From a virus, in the IMG/VR virus record IMGVR_UViG_3300008108_000181, positions 1-64,000 of that record: a stretch of DNA of 64,000 nt; one strand, 5' to 3'. How positions within the stretch are numbered: position 1 is the stretch's first letter; every line of letters begins with the position of its first letter. Both the position numbers and the translations under genes were made by a program. Below, piece by piece: positions 1 through 9,986 of this stretch. The notes under the pieces are model-generated. The model was not told where the DNA came from, did not search any database, and saw nothing but the letters and a program-made list of their open reading frames with translations.

Positions 1-3000
1 CTCGAAATCGTAGCAGTTACATTTTTTGTACCCGATACACCTTCACTATCGGTAAAGTTGACAGGAATAGTAACCGTTCCACTATCCGATATCATCGAAG
101 ATGCATTACTTGAAAATACAACCGTATTACTAACATCACTTCCGGCTAATCCATTTGTATAAGTAGGTGTACCTAACGAAGTAAATCTAGTTGTACCACC
201 TTCTAATGCAGTTACGGTTAAAGTTTGTGGTGTAGCAGAACCACTACCACGAGAATTTGATTGGATTGATTGAGCAGTTGGAGTTACTGCAACTTCAACA
301 TTTGGTACTCCTCTTTTACTTTTTGAGTAGGTTACAACTTTTGTTACATCGGTTGTATCTCCTGCTCCATCTTTGTATCTTACTAATAAAGTTAAAGAAC
401 CACTATCGGCAGTTAAAGTAGTAATACCATAAGTGGCATCAGATGGGTTAGAACCTTGTCCACCATTCGGAGTACAATTCACACCAGTTGCAGAAATTAC
501 ATCAAATCTATTATTTGTTGTCAATCCTTCCTGTCTTACTATATCTTCTCCACCCACCTTTACACTTACCGAACCACTTGTTACTACAAATGAACCACTG
601 CTTACAAATCCAGTTGAAAGAGCCGGTAAAGTAGCGTTTTCATTTGTTAAGTTTATCGATAAACCATCTAATATTTTTACGGGAGTTATTTTTACTTGGT
701 CATGGTAATCAATACCAAAACTATCCGATGATGTAAATACATAAGTTGTACTTCCAGTTAAAAAGTTATAGGTTGATCCTGATAAAAAGTAAGTTGCTAC
801 ACCAGTTGTTGGGTCATCAAATAACAAATTCAATGCAGGTCCAACACCAACTTGGCTACCTGAATTTATAGTAATAGGTGACCCTACCGAACTTAAATTT
901 TTTCTTCTTACATCAAAAACAATTACTTGACCAGTTGGATTTAATGATAAATCAGTTGCCTTATAAATGAATTGATTCGCAGTTGATGAAGCAAAAAGAC
1001 CAGGTGCATTATCACCATCTTCTAATCTATAAATCGTTTCGTAATCTTCTAAACCATCTGCAGATGCAGTATATGTAATGAAACCAACTCTAACTAAACT
1101 TGTAGTTGATGTATCTAATGAACCACTAAATTCATCAAGTTGAACTACAAATCCAGCAGATGATGATGTATGTAATCGACCAGGATATTCAGTTCCACCC
1201 AAAGATAAATACTGGGCTTCACTTATATAACTTCCGGTTATATCAAACACCGAACGACCATAGGTTACATCTCCTGCAATGTTTTGGCGAGTAGTTGTAA
1301 ATCCAATTTGTTGAAATGGTGGATTTGCTATAGAACCAGTAAAAAATCTAAATGCGTTTCTATCTGATTGAAGATTTAAAATTTTTGTTGATGTTGGAAA
1401 ATCATTACCACCATCAAAAGTTGCAGATGCTACAACATCTACTGGTATATAATTGTTATTTATATCGTAAAACTCAAATCGGAAATCAAAAGTTTCGGAT
1501 TCAAGTTTTCTTGGTATATCTTGAATTAAAACAAACTCATCTGGTGAAAATGAAGTTTCTTGTGCGTTCTTTAATGATATATTTGAAATATACCAATCCG
1601 AACCACTTATTTCAAATACCAACTTTGCGTTTGAAGATGAGATTGGATTTGCAATTATATTTTGAGTAAGTGTTTGACGAGTTTTGTAAATACCCGAACC
1701 ACTTACTGTTAAAAAACTTTGTTGATAATCGGAACCAGATAAATACGCCTTAATATATTCAGAACCATCTAACGAACCACTTAAAATAGTTTTAAATGTT
1801 AATGTATATTCAACATCCTTTGTAATGTTAAAAGATTCTGATGTTATAAGATTTTGAACTCCACCTGCAGAAAAATTATAATCAGTTTTAACTGAAGATT
1901 GTAAAACATCAACATTTATACTGACAGGATGTTGGTTGGATGATGATACCCAGTATCTTGATAAATTGGTTTCAGTAAAATTACCATAAGAAATTTCAGT
2001 ATCGTTTGGTACAGTTATATCTCTTAGTAATTCAGTTGATTCTAATTTTGACTCTTGAACGAATTGAAAATCAGTAACTTCATTTCTTGATTTCCTGAAT
2101 ACTTTTACCCTTGCAACATCACCAACGAAAGTTTTAAGATTTGATATGTTTATTTTAGCAAAAGAACCAGTTAAGGCCGAACTATCTATACTTTGGTTTT
2201 CAAGAAATTCAAATGAAGTTGTATAAGGTGTTGATGAGAAATTAGTTACAACATTTCCAACTAAGTATGGAACATCGACCAAAACTTCCTTAGAATTTAA
2301 AACTTCACGAACCGTTGGCGAATATGAGAGTGATGGTAAGTTTATAATATTTTCATCAACCGAACTTGTCCAACTACTACCATCAGTAATTTTAAGTTTG
2401 TAAATAGTCCCCGCAGTCCAAGTTGAAAGATTTGAACCTGCTGTTGGTTGTAACGCAATACCTTCCAACGAACCACTTTGTGTTACACTTGGTATTGTCT
2501 TTGAAAATATAGGTTTTACGAGTTCGGTAATAGAAACCAATGGTCTTCTATAAAAACGAACAGTGTCTTCATTAGAGAGGTTTCTGTTGATTTTAAAGGT
2601 TCTTTCCCACTTGACGTTATAAACACCCTTCCATTCATTTGGAATCGGTAGGATGGTTCCATTTTCGTTTATATACTCTTTTAATTCACCAAGTACGGTA
2701 ATCTTTCCAATTCCTATCGGAGTATCAGGATAAACATGGACAGAGATGAGAGATGATACACCCTCATAATAATCAGGAATACCTTTACCGGGTTCGAAAT
2801 ATACTGGATTTCCCTCAACATCCAAGATTTCGATTTTAACCTCGGTTGTCTCTTTTAAAAATTCAGAACCCTCAATTAAGAATCCATTTTTACCCCCGCT
2901 AAAAGTTTCCTTGAATTCGGTGATTCTAAAAAAATCCGAATTAGGATTTCTATCAACTAGGAAAGTTGAAAAATTAGAAAGATTTTGAAAAGGTGAAAAT

Positions 3001-3017
3001 GATTTTATTATTGCCAT
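1..3017 (-). CDS. Large virion structural protein (tail/baseplate-associated, Ser/Thr/Gly-rich, beta-rich); 3' end runs off the window
   Basis: Not in the ORF track. ATG at 3017 reads MAIIKSFSPFQNLSNFSTFLVDRNPNSDFFRITEFKETFSGGKNGFLIEGSEFLKETTEVKIEILDVEGNPVYFEPG. The frame appears open toward base 1 (spot-checked). An ATATTTAT late-type motif lies upstream at about 3036-3044. Confidence 0.75.
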   Translation of the reverse strand, partial: MAIIKSFSPFQNLSNFSTFLVDRNPNSDFFRITEFKETFSGGKNGFLIEGSEFLKETTEVKIEILDVEGNPVYFEPGKGIPDYYEGVSSLISVHVYPDTPIGIGKITVLGELKEYINENGTILPIPNEWKGVYNVKWERTFKINRNLSNEDTVRFYRRPLVSITELVKPIFSKTIPSVTQSGSLEGIALQPTAGSNLSTWTAGTIYKLKITDGSSWTSSVDENIINLPSLSYSPTVREVLNSKEVLVDVPYLVGNVVTNFSSTPYTTSFEFLENQSIDSSALTGSFAKINISNLKTFVGDVARVKVFRKSRNEVTDFQFVQESKLESTELLRDITVPNDTEISYGNFTETNLSRYWVSSSNQHPVSINVDVLQSSVKTDYNFSAGGVQNLITSESFNITKDVEYTLTFKTILSGSLDGSEYIKAYLSGSDYQQSFLTVSGSGIYKTRQTLTQNIIANPISSSNAKLVFEISGSDWYISNISLKNAQETSFSPDEFVLIQDIPRKLESETFDFRFEFYDINNNYIPVDVVASATFDGGNDFPTSTKILNLQSDRNAFRFFTGSIANPPFQQIGFTTTRQNIAGDVTYGRSVFDITGSYISEAQYLSLGGTEYPGRLHTSSSAGFVVQLDEFSGSLDTSTTSLVRVGFITYTASADGLEDYETIYRLEDGDNAPGLFASSTANQFIYKATDLSLNPTGQVIVFDVRRKNLSSVGSPITINSGSQVGVGPALNLLFDDPTTGVATYFLSGSTYNFLTGSTTYVFTSSDSFGIDYHDQVKITPVKILDGLSINLTNENATLPALSTGFVSSGSFVVTSGSVSVKVGGEDIVRQEGLTTNNRFDVISATGVNCTPNGGQGSNPSDATYGITTLTADSGSLTLLVRYKDGAGDTTDVTKVVTYSKSKRGVPNVEVAVTPTAQSIQSNSRGSGSATPQTLTVTALEGGTTRFTSLGTPTYTNGLAGSDVSNTVVFSSNASSMISDSGTVTIPVNFTDSEGVSGTKNVTATIS

Positions 3018-3070
3018 AAAAAACTCCTATATGATAATAAATATGAAATTTTTTAATACTTATAATTTTG

Positions 3071-3098
3071 ATATATAGAAATATATAGAAATCTATAA
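3071..3098 (+). repeat. Short tandem direct repeat ATATATAGAA x2 plus a degenerate third copy, possible operator
   Basis: atatatagaa atatatagaa atctataa immediately upstream of the RHH gene, flanked by the imperfect inverted repeat tataattttg...caaaatata. Confidence 0.4.
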
Positions 3099-3111
3099 TC
3101 CAAAATATAAT

Positions 3112-3279
3112 ATGGAAAAGCAAAAATATACTACAATTCAAATAAAAAAAGAAACCCATGAACTCTTACAAGATTATTGCAAGGAACATGGGTTTAAATT
3201 AAGTGGTTTAGTTGAATCTATGATTAAACAAAGAGTCTCACAACCAAAGCCTCAAAATGTGTTAAAGGTTAGAACTTAA
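3112..3279 (+). CDS. Small ribbon-helix-helix-like DNA-binding protein (55 aa)
   Basis: Manual translation MEKQKYTTIQIKKETHELLQDYCKEHGFKLSGLVESMIKQRVSQPKPQNVLKVRT. An alternating beta strand (YTTIQI) followed by two helices is the RHH/CopG pattern. Confidence 0.65.
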   Translation: MEKQKYTTIQIKKETHELLQDYCKEHGFKLSGLVESMIKQRVSQPKPQNVLKVRT

Positions 3280-6200
3280 CCTGAGAGAATCCATTTATCT
3301 TTTTAATCTCTACTAAATTATCTACTACATCTCGCATTGAATCGATGTGAGAAATAATCATCACAAAATCAAATTGTGTCTTTAAGTAGGTAAATAACAT
3401 AAATAAGGATTGTAGATTCTCACTATCCAAAGTACCGAACCCTTCATCGATTACCAAGAAATTTGGACGAGGTAGGTTACAAACATTAATTAGGGCAACT
3501 CGGATTGCAAGTCCACTAATAAATCTCTCCATACCACTACACATCTCCAAAGACCATTTTTGGTCACCATAAACAAGATATGCATTGATATTCTTACCAT
3601 CCATCTCTAACTGCATTCCGAACTCTACAATCTGACCTAAGATGTTATTTACTTCACCTTCAATCATTGGTAGGGCCTTTTCAATCAATTCATAAGAAAC
3701 ACCATCTTTACCAAGTGCATTCAAATAATAGTCAAATAACTTGGATTGGTCTTCCAGTTCTCTAACCTCTTTGATTCGAGTCTCTATTGTTTCTTTTTGA
3801 TTTTGAAGAGCAGAAATCTTACCATTTAGTTTTAGAATCTGAGAATTTAGTTTAGTCAAATTATCTTTAACAACTTTTAACTTATCCCTAACATCGGTGA
3901 TTTCTTCTCTAATTTCTCTATTTTTCTTGATTTGTTCCTCATTCTTGTAATACTCATCAATCAGTTGTTGTTGTTGATTAATTTGAGATTCCAATTTAAC
4001 TTCTTCGGTTTCCTTGGTGGAAAGTTGATTATGTAACTGAGAAAGTTCTCTATCAATCTTATCTTCTTTTTCTTTCGCTTCTTTAAGATTTTCCCAATCT
4101 TGAACCAATCCTTTAGTTTGATTGATAATATCAACCAATCCATTTAATTGAGTAGTAAAATCTTCTACTTGAATTTTTCCTTCCACAATAGAAAAATTTA
4201 CTCGCTTCATTTCTTCAAAAATGGTTTGTGAGTTTTCTATACACACCTCACATTTTTCATTGTATTTATGAGAATCCAAGTGTTCTTTTTGAGAATTTAA
4301 TGATTCTAATTTGATGTTTATTTTTTCAATTGCCGATTCGATTTTGGAAATATTTTGTTTTGTCTCGGTAATTTTATTGATTGCATCTTTTAATTCATCT
4401 TCATCATATCCATCAATGATTTCTTCTAAAGTTACTTGTAATTCTTCACGATGGGTAATTCTTTCCTGAATTGCACCTTTTGATGATTTTACTTCATCTA
4501 TTTTATCTTGAAGAATTTTTAATCTACTTTCTAATTCATCAATCGAGACACCACTATCAGAATTTAATTTTACAATTTTCTCGTTTAACTTAATGATTTG
4601 TTTGTTTAAATTATCTTCTTCATCTTTTAATGAAGTTTGGTATATTTCTAATAATTTAAACTCATTTTTATCAGTTTTAAGAGTTGTATCAATCTCTGCT
4701 AATTTTGTAGTAAAATCATCTGATTTAAATTTTCTGATAAGTGTTGCATTATCTCTATTCTCATCTGATGCCAAATTATACAATTTATCAAATATATCCA
4801 CACCAATAAATTGAGATAAAATCTCCTTTCTTTCTGATTGTGATTTATCAATGAAGAGAGCATTGTTTCCTTGCAGAGAAAGAGTAGTTAGAACAAAATC
4901 CTCAAACTTACCCAAATACTTTTCAATATTTTCGTTGGTTTCTCTTCGTTGTTCTCCATTTAAGGATTCGGCAATCCCATTATCTTCTCTCCAAAAATTC
5001 ACATCTACTTTAACTGCAGTTTGTTTTCGGACATACTTTGCAGTTCGTTCAATAAAATAATCAACACCATCAATTTCAAAGTTAAACTTACAATAAAAAT
5101 TATCTTTTTGATTATTTAGAATGTTTTTAGCAGAAGAAGTTCGTGAAGTTTTATCGTAGATACAAAACGAAAGAGCATCAAAAAGTGATGATTTACCACT
5201 TGCATTTGGTGCAAAGATACCCATGATACCTTGAGCTCTATCAAACCTTACTAAGTTTCCTTCACCATACGAGAACATATTTGAGAACTCTAATGTCTTA
5301 GGAGTCCACAAAATGTTTTCAGGTAGGTTATCTGAATTAATTTTAGTATTCAACTCTTTGTTGATTTCTGCAATCTTGTCCAACTCGGAATCCTCCAAAA
5401 GATATTGTCTTTCCAAGTAATCTCTGATTAGAGAGTTTTGGAAAGTTTCATCTTTAACATTCCCAACAATATTTTTATTTAGTTTGGTATTTGTTTTTAG
5501 TTGCCCAATAGTATCGGTTCTTGTTACGGTCACCTCATCTACCTTAAACATCTTTTTAAGTTCGGCAATACAAACTTTCATTTGAGATGGTTCGGTATTT
5601 GTAAATCGTAATCTTAAACGAGGTTGTCTTGGTAACTTGGTACCAAGTTCATCATATACCCATTGTGGAATCTTTCCATCAACAACATCAACTGTCAAGA
5701 ACCCATAATCGTTATGGAGATGATGTTCGGTAAAAGTTCGAGTTGGGACATCCCATAGGAGGTAACCGTGATTTTCCAACATCTCACCGTGGTTTTGTTG
5801 AACCATCGAACCTGCGTATGCAACCCACTCGTATCCTTCACCAAAAGTTTGTCTCTTGTGAATATCACCAAGAAGGGCTATATCAAATCCATCAAACATA
5901 TCCACTTGGAATGAATTTGAAGAAACGGTATAACCAATATCAGTTTGTGCTTTATTCACTGGACCGTGAAATAAACATATTTTGTTTTCTCCCTGAATAG
6001 TATCTCCCTTTGGCCAATTCGATTTATTATCAAGAATAGAATAAACCACAAAGGTTAAATTATGGATATTATACACTCCAGTATCACGAAGATAATGAAT
6101 ACGAGGGTTATTAAGGTTTTCCACAATTGGAGTAAGGACATCCAATCTATGTGAGTTATTTAAGTTACAATCGTGGTTACCCGTGATTAGAATTGTTTCT

Positions 6201-6427
6201 CTCAAATTAGAACACTCGGTTAGGAACCAAGAAATTTCTTGAATAAGTTCGGGAGACATTTCGGTTTTTGCATGGGCAATATCTCCTGCAATGTAAATTA
6301 CCGAATCTTCGATATTATCCTTTTCAACTTGTTCTAAGAATTGTTTGAATATCAATCGATATTCTTTATGTCTTTGCAAATTACGAATGTGTAAATCTGC
6401 TAAGTGATAGATTTTATTTATAACCAT
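3269..6427 (-). CDS. Fused SbcD/Mre11 nuclease - SbcC/Rad50 ATPase (T4 gp47-gp46-like recombination exonuclease)
   Basis: N-terminal metallophosphoesterase motifs DLH, GDIAH, GNHD, GDIH. Walker A APNASGKSS, long coiled coil with CEVC zinc hook, signature CSGME, Walker B FLVIDEGFGTLD, H-loop ISH. Confidence 0.92.
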   Translation of the reverse strand: MVINKIYHLADLHIRNLQRHKEYRLIFKQFLEQVEKDNIEDSVIYIAGDIAHAKTEMSPELIQEISWFLTECSNLRETILITGNHDCNLNNSHRLDVLTPIVENLNNPRIHYLRDTGVYNIHNLTFVVYSILDNKSNWPKGDTIQGENKICLFHGPVNKAQTDIGYTVSSNSFQVDMFDGFDIALLGDIHKRQTFGEGYEWVAYAGSMVQQNHGEMLENHGYLLWDVPTRTFTEHHLHNDYGFLTVDVVDGKIPQWVYDELGTKLPRQPRLRLRFTNTEPSQMKVCIAELKKMFKVDEVTVTRTDTIGQLKTNTKLNKNIVGNVKDETFQNSLIRDYLERQYLLEDSELDKIAEINKELNTKINSDNLPENILWTPKTLEFSNMFSYGEGNLVRFDRAQGIMGIFAPNASGKSSLFDALSFCIYDKTSRTSSAKNILNNQKDNFYCKFNFEIDGVDYFIERTAKYVRKQTAVKVDVNFWREDNGIAESLNGEQRRETNENIEKYLGKFEDFVLTTLSLQGNNALFIDKSQSERKEILSQFIGVDIFDKLYNLASDENRDNATLIRKFKSDDFTTKLAEIDTTLKTDKNEFKLLEIYQTSLKDEEDNLNKQIIKLNEKIVKLNSDSGVSIDELESRLKILQDKIDEVKSSKGAIQERITHREELQVTLEEIIDGYDEDELKDAINKITETKQNISKIESAIEKINIKLESLNSQKEHLDSHKYNEKCEVCIENSQTIFEEMKRVNFSIVEGKIQVEDFTTQLNGLVDIINQTKGLVQDWENLKEAKEKEDKIDRELSQLHNQLSTKETEEVKLESQINQQQQLIDEYYKNEEQIKKNREIREEITDVRDKLKVVKDNLTKLNSQILKLNGKISALQNQKETIETRIKEVRELEDQSKLFDYYLNALGKDGVSYELIEKALPMIEGEVNNILGQIVEFGMQLEMDGKNINAYLVYGDQKWSLEMCSGMERFISGLAIRVALINVCNLPRPNFLVIDEGFGTLDSENLQSLFMLFTYLKTQFDFVMIISHIDSMRDVVDNLVEIKKINGFSQVKF

Positions 6428-7515
6428 TATTTGTAATTGTTTCTATCGAAAATGAATTTTTGATTTTTTAATAATTTGAAATTAGAATTTATTTTATCTT
6501 TGTTTTGTATATAGTAATTATGTAAATCATCTATTGACATTTTATTAATAATATCTAAATTATTTTTATATTGTTGTAATATAGAATCACGAGTTAATTG
6601 TGGAGATAAATCAAATAAATCATCTGCAAGCCAAAATCCCAATTGTTTTAAGTATTGATTAATATAGGAACTACCCAAAATCAAAGGTATATTTTTTGAT
6701 ATAAAAGGATTCCACGATTTTTCACTTAAATGTATTTGGCCATCTAATAGTATAGCAGTTTCTAATATACAACTAACATATGATGTCATTGTAATTGGTA
6801 ATGGAGGCATTTCAACATTTATATCACCTTGATATGCCATTGTTTGTGTTGAATCCAATATGATAGGAATAGTTTTATTTCTGAATTCAAGTAGTTCTTC
6901 ATCTATGTCTGAATCGTTGTATGAACGAACGAACGAACTATAACCCAACCAAGAATCATTATTTAATCCTATATCATAAACATATTTAAAAATTTTTATT
7001 CTTTCTATTTTATCTACGCCAACTATCATACTTATTTTTTTCTGACGAAAATTTTTAATAAATTGATTTGTGACAAAATCAAACTCATTCCAATAATATT
7101 GAAGAGGTGCTCTATATCTAAAATAATTAAAATTATTTTTATCAGTATTAATATTAAACCTATTTGAAAAATAAGTAAGATTTTTTGTATCGGTAAAATC
7201 AGACCTATTATCATCATCTACTAAAAAAAATTTACATTGATATTTTTCTGCTATAGAATCTATTTTTTTCGTAAGTTTTTCAAATGAATCTAAATTAAAA
7301 TATGAGATATCTATTATTATTGAATCACCTGATTTAATATCTATCTTTGATAAGTGTGTATCAAAAAGTTCAATAAAATTATATCTCCAAGCATTTTGTT
7401 CTAAATCATCTGAATTTTCAATATCAATAAAATTAACTGGTTCTTTAAAATTTAATAAAGAATGCCATGCTGTATAAGACCCTCTTCTAATATGTATTGG
7501 AATTACATGAATCAT
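6427..7515 (-). CDS. Putative glycosyltransferase-like protein (GT10/fucosyltransferase-like EK..P motif)
   Basis: ILETAILLDGQIHLSEKSWNPFISKNIPLILGS resembles the GT10 motif (Y/L)(I/V)TEK..A....PI..G. Paralogous segments occur at 49679, 54689 and 63342. Confidence 0.45.
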   Translation of the reverse strand: MIHVIPIHIRRGSYTAWHSLLNFKEPVNFIDIENSDDLEQNAWRYNFIELFDTHLSKIDIKSGDSIIIDISYFNLDSFEKLTKKIDSIAEKYQCKFFLVDDDNRSDFTDTKNLTYFSNRFNINTDKNNFNYFRYRAPLQYYWNEFDFVTNQFIKNFRQKKISMIVGVDKIERIKIFKYVYDIGLNNDSWLGYSSFVRSYNDSDIDEELLEFRNKTIPIILDSTQTMAYQGDINVEMPPLPITMTSYVSCILETAILLDGQIHLSEKSWNPFISKNIPLILGSSYINQYLKQLGFWLADDLFDLSPQLTRDSILQQYKNNLDIINKMSIDDLHNYYIQNKDKINSNFKLLKNQKFIFDRNNYK

Positions 7516-8453
7516 AAATTGAATAACTTTTGTTTTATCACATCATCAAAGTTAGTTTCTTTGGATTCTTTCAAAATTTGATTCACTTTCGAAAATCCCA
7601 TTTCACTTGCATCTTTATCTGATGGAATTATATTTCTAACTTTTATACCTTGGTTTCCCAATTGAACTACATAATGTAGAGCTTGTTGTTGAGCATCATT
7701 ATCGAGAAGAATGTTGATATGTTTTACACCCTTATCATATATATTTTCCATTAATTTTTTTGGAATAAATTTACCAAGAATCGGAATCACATTTCGTTTT
7801 ACCGAAATTGCATCAAAAACTCCTTCCACGATAGTAATAGGTTCGTTCCAATTTATTTGGTTTTCAAACATTATTACATTTTTGGATACTGGTGGATTTT
7901 TGTATTTGAACTTCTCCTCTTCGAAAACTGATCTTGCGATGAAGTAATTGAGTCGATTATCAACATCATAGGAAGGAATGATAATCCTACCAGAATAAAT
8001 ACCACTATCAACATACCCAATGTTATAACGGATAATATCTTCAGTAGTAATTCCACGAGAATCTGCATAGTGTTTTGCTTTTTTATAGGTTGGATTTAAC
8101 CCCTTTGGTGTATATAGCAATGATTTGAATTCATTTGGTAATCGTAATTCTATTTTTTCCTCATCGGAATCCTTAGAATACACTACATAATCATCACCAT
8201 AGATTTCATATAGTTTTTGTAATTTCTTCGAATCTACATGGAGTTTTCTTAATAAGGAAGTTATTCTCTTACCTTTGGAATCACATACCCAACAATGCCA
8301 TTGTTGAGTTTCTAAATTGATTTGTAGTTTCTTTTTGTGGTGATGACAAAATGGACAATGATGTGCTTGTTCATCTCCTTTCATAGAAGTTCCTGCACCT
8401 AATACTTCATCGAGTATATTAATTACGAGTGATTTATCTCTGATTGAGAGCAT
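7512..8453 (-). CDS. DNA primase (zinc-binding domain + TOPRIM)
   Basis: CPFC...WHCWVC zinc finger, GRIIIP, IVEGVFDA and LDND TOPRIM motifs. Confidence 0.9.
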   Translation of the reverse strand: MLSIRDKSLVINILDEVLGAGTSMKGDEQAHHCPFCHHHKKKLQINLETQQWHCWVCDSKGKRITSLLRKLHVDSKKLQKLYEIYGDDYVVYSKDSDEEKIELRLPNEFKSLLYTPKGLNPTYKKAKHYADSRGITTEDIIRYNIGYVDSGIYSGRIIIPSYDVDNRLNYFIARSVFEEEKFKYKNPPVSKNVIMFENQINWNEPITIVEGVFDAISVKRNVIPILGKFIPKKLMENIYDKGVKHINILLDNDAQQQALHYVVQLGNQGIKVRNIIPSDKDASEMGFSKVNQILKESKETNFDDVIKQKLFNL

Positions 8454-8473
8454 GCATACACAATTTGTTTACA

Positions 8474-8483
8474 CAAATATACG
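8474..8483 (-). promoter_or_regulatory. Bacteroidota-type housekeeping promoter -7 element upstream of primase
   Basis: Minus strand CGTATATTTG matches the TAnnTTTG consensus. Confidence 0.6.
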
Positions 8484-8495
8484 AAAAAGTTTCCA

Positions 8496-8933
8496 CTATA
8501 CCAAATCTTTTCGAAAAAACTTTCCAAGAAGATTATCATTTAATGCTTTTTTATCACCAAGTACATCGTGTGCAAATTGTTCTTGCAATTCGTAATATGT
8601 AAGTGATTTGGTGTTGGGACAAAACCGAAGTATCCTTAATTCTAATTGGTCATTTTCTTTATCTTTAAACCAATCCTGAACTGTTTTGTTTGAAGAACGA
8701 TATGTTTTCCAATCTGATTCTTTGGTAATCATTTCGTATGTCTTTAACCGTTTATCAGTTAATGAAGCAATTTCTTTTTTACCAAACTTTCTTTTTCTAG
8801 TTGATAAAACATTTTTCTTTCCAATATAATACTCACCAGTTTTTCCATTTGTAATTTTATAAATAAAACCAATAGTACCATCTGGCATATCATTTAGTTC
8901 GGTTATAAAACTTCCTTTATATGTCCAACTCAT
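8496..8933 (-). CDS. GIY-YIG-like nuclease, of a type common in T4-like phages
   Basis: GFIYKITN...EYYIGKK...ESDWKTYRSS. Start moved to the ATG of MSWTYKG. Confidence 0.65.
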   Translation of the reverse strand: MSWTYKGSFITELNDMPDGTIGFIYKITNGKTGEYYIGKKNVLSTRKRKFGKKEIASLTDKRLKTYEMITKESDWKTYRSSNKTVQDWFKDKENDQLELRILRFCPNTKSLTYYELQEQFAHDVLGDKKALNDNLLGKFFRKDLV

Positions 8934-9489
8934 AGTTAAAGATGCTAAAATCATTTTTGTATTTTTCCCTTACCCAATCTTTTATCCACTCTTCATTATA
9001 GTATTGTTTATATAATTTATGTGTGTTTAAATTTGGATGTTTTTCCCAATATATATTTCTATTTAAATGTGGAATTTCGGTTAATTGTAATCCAATTTGA
9101 TTTGATATATATTTTAAATCTTTGTTAAAATTTTCATATCTACCAACAAATGAAACTTTTTTATTTTCTCTTTGACCGTGGTGTAAATAATATTCTTGTG
9201 AAAAAAATAAAAAATCCAATGGTTCTATTGATTGTATAAAACTTGAAAATAGTTGAATATTTCCCTCTCGTTTTTTGTGTTCATACCAAGATGCAAGACG
9301 AGTAAAAGGATTTCGGACAAATGAAAAAATAAAATACCCATCAACATGCATCAATTGATTAAGTGTACCATGAACCATGATTTGCTCAGTCTCAGGTACA
9401 CTTAATAAAATTTTTGATATAGAATTACCACCTGTCTTGGGTATGTGAATAAAAGCCCACTTTTGGGTTCGATTGATAATTAACCCCAC
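8917..9489 (-). CDS. Sulfotransferase family protein (Sulfotransfer_2-like)
   Basis: 5'-PSB loop FIHIPKTGGNSI, 3'-PB motif FVRNPFTRLASWY, and GRYENF. GTG start. Confidence 0.8.
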   Translation of the reverse strand: MGLIINRTQKWAFIHIPKTGGNSISKILLSVPETEQIMVHGTLNQLMHVDGYFIFSFVRNPFTRLASWYEHKKREGNIQLFSSFIQSIEPLDFLFFSQEYYLHHGQRENKKVSFVGRYENFNKDLKYISNQIGLQLTEIPHLNRNIYWEKHPNLNTHKLYKQYYNEEWIKDWVREKYKNDFSIFNYELDI

Positions 9490-9505
9490 TTATAACAAAT
9501 TAAAT

Positions 9506-9718
9506 TTATTTTCTATCAGTTATGTCTGAATATTTTTTTGTAGGTGTAAATCCACCTGCAAGATTTCCCAACTTACCACCTCTAGCTTTTTCTAGTTGTT
9601 CTTCACTAACTTGTAGTTCAGAACTATCAAAATCTTTTGCAGTAATTGGTGTTCTATCCTTCTTTAATGGAAGTTTAGCAAACTCAGTTTTTTTATATAA
9701 TTCTTCTATTGATGCCAT
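9506..9718 (-). CDS. Hypothetical protein
   Basis: 70-aa ORF in tight operon spacing. Confidence 0.6.
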   Translation of the reverse strand: MASIEELYKKTEFAKLPLKKDRTPITAKDFDSSELQVSEEQLEKARGGKLGNLAGGFTPTKKYSDITDRK

Positions 9719-9720
9719 AA

Positions 9721-9936
9721 TTATTCTTCTATTAGTTTATAAAGTCTTATAGTTTCTAAATCCAATGTTGGATGTTCTTCTTTGTATTTTCTAATACCTT
9801 CTACAATATGGCTTTCAGGATTATCATCCCATTGGAATATATTTAATTCCAAAACCTCTGTCATTGCATCTAAATCTTCTTGTGATACTGATGGAATTAA
9901 TTCTTCTCCTAAATAATTTAAAATTTGATAGTTCAT
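9721..9936 (-). CDS. Hypothetical acidic protein
   Basis: 71-aa ORF with an AAGGA SD-like sequence and a late motif upstream. Confidence 0.6.
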   Translation of the reverse strand: MNYQILNYLGEELIPSVSQEDLDAMTEVLELNIFQWDDNPESHIVEGIRKYKEEHPTLDLETIRLYKLIEE

Positions 9937-9973
9937 TTTATTTCCTTTTTTAAAATATAAATGTTATAACTTT

Positions 9974-9984
9974 TATATAAATAT
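9974..9984 (-). promoter_or_regulatory. Putative late promoter motif ATATTTATAT
   Basis: The same motif recurs upstream of gene starts at 11109, 13087, 18245, 24966, 33517, 34012, 47518, 58822 and 61301. Confidence 0.6.
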
Positions 9985-9986
9985 CA

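Noticed and set aside
2974-3159. 61-aa minus-strand hydrophobic ORF
   Set aside because: It spans an AT-rich divergent promoter region and overlaps two better-supported genes.
8496-8933. Mobile homing endonuclease element
   Set aside because: It has only a GIY-YIG-like catalytic region with no evident DNA-binding tail and interrupts no gene, so it was not called mobile.
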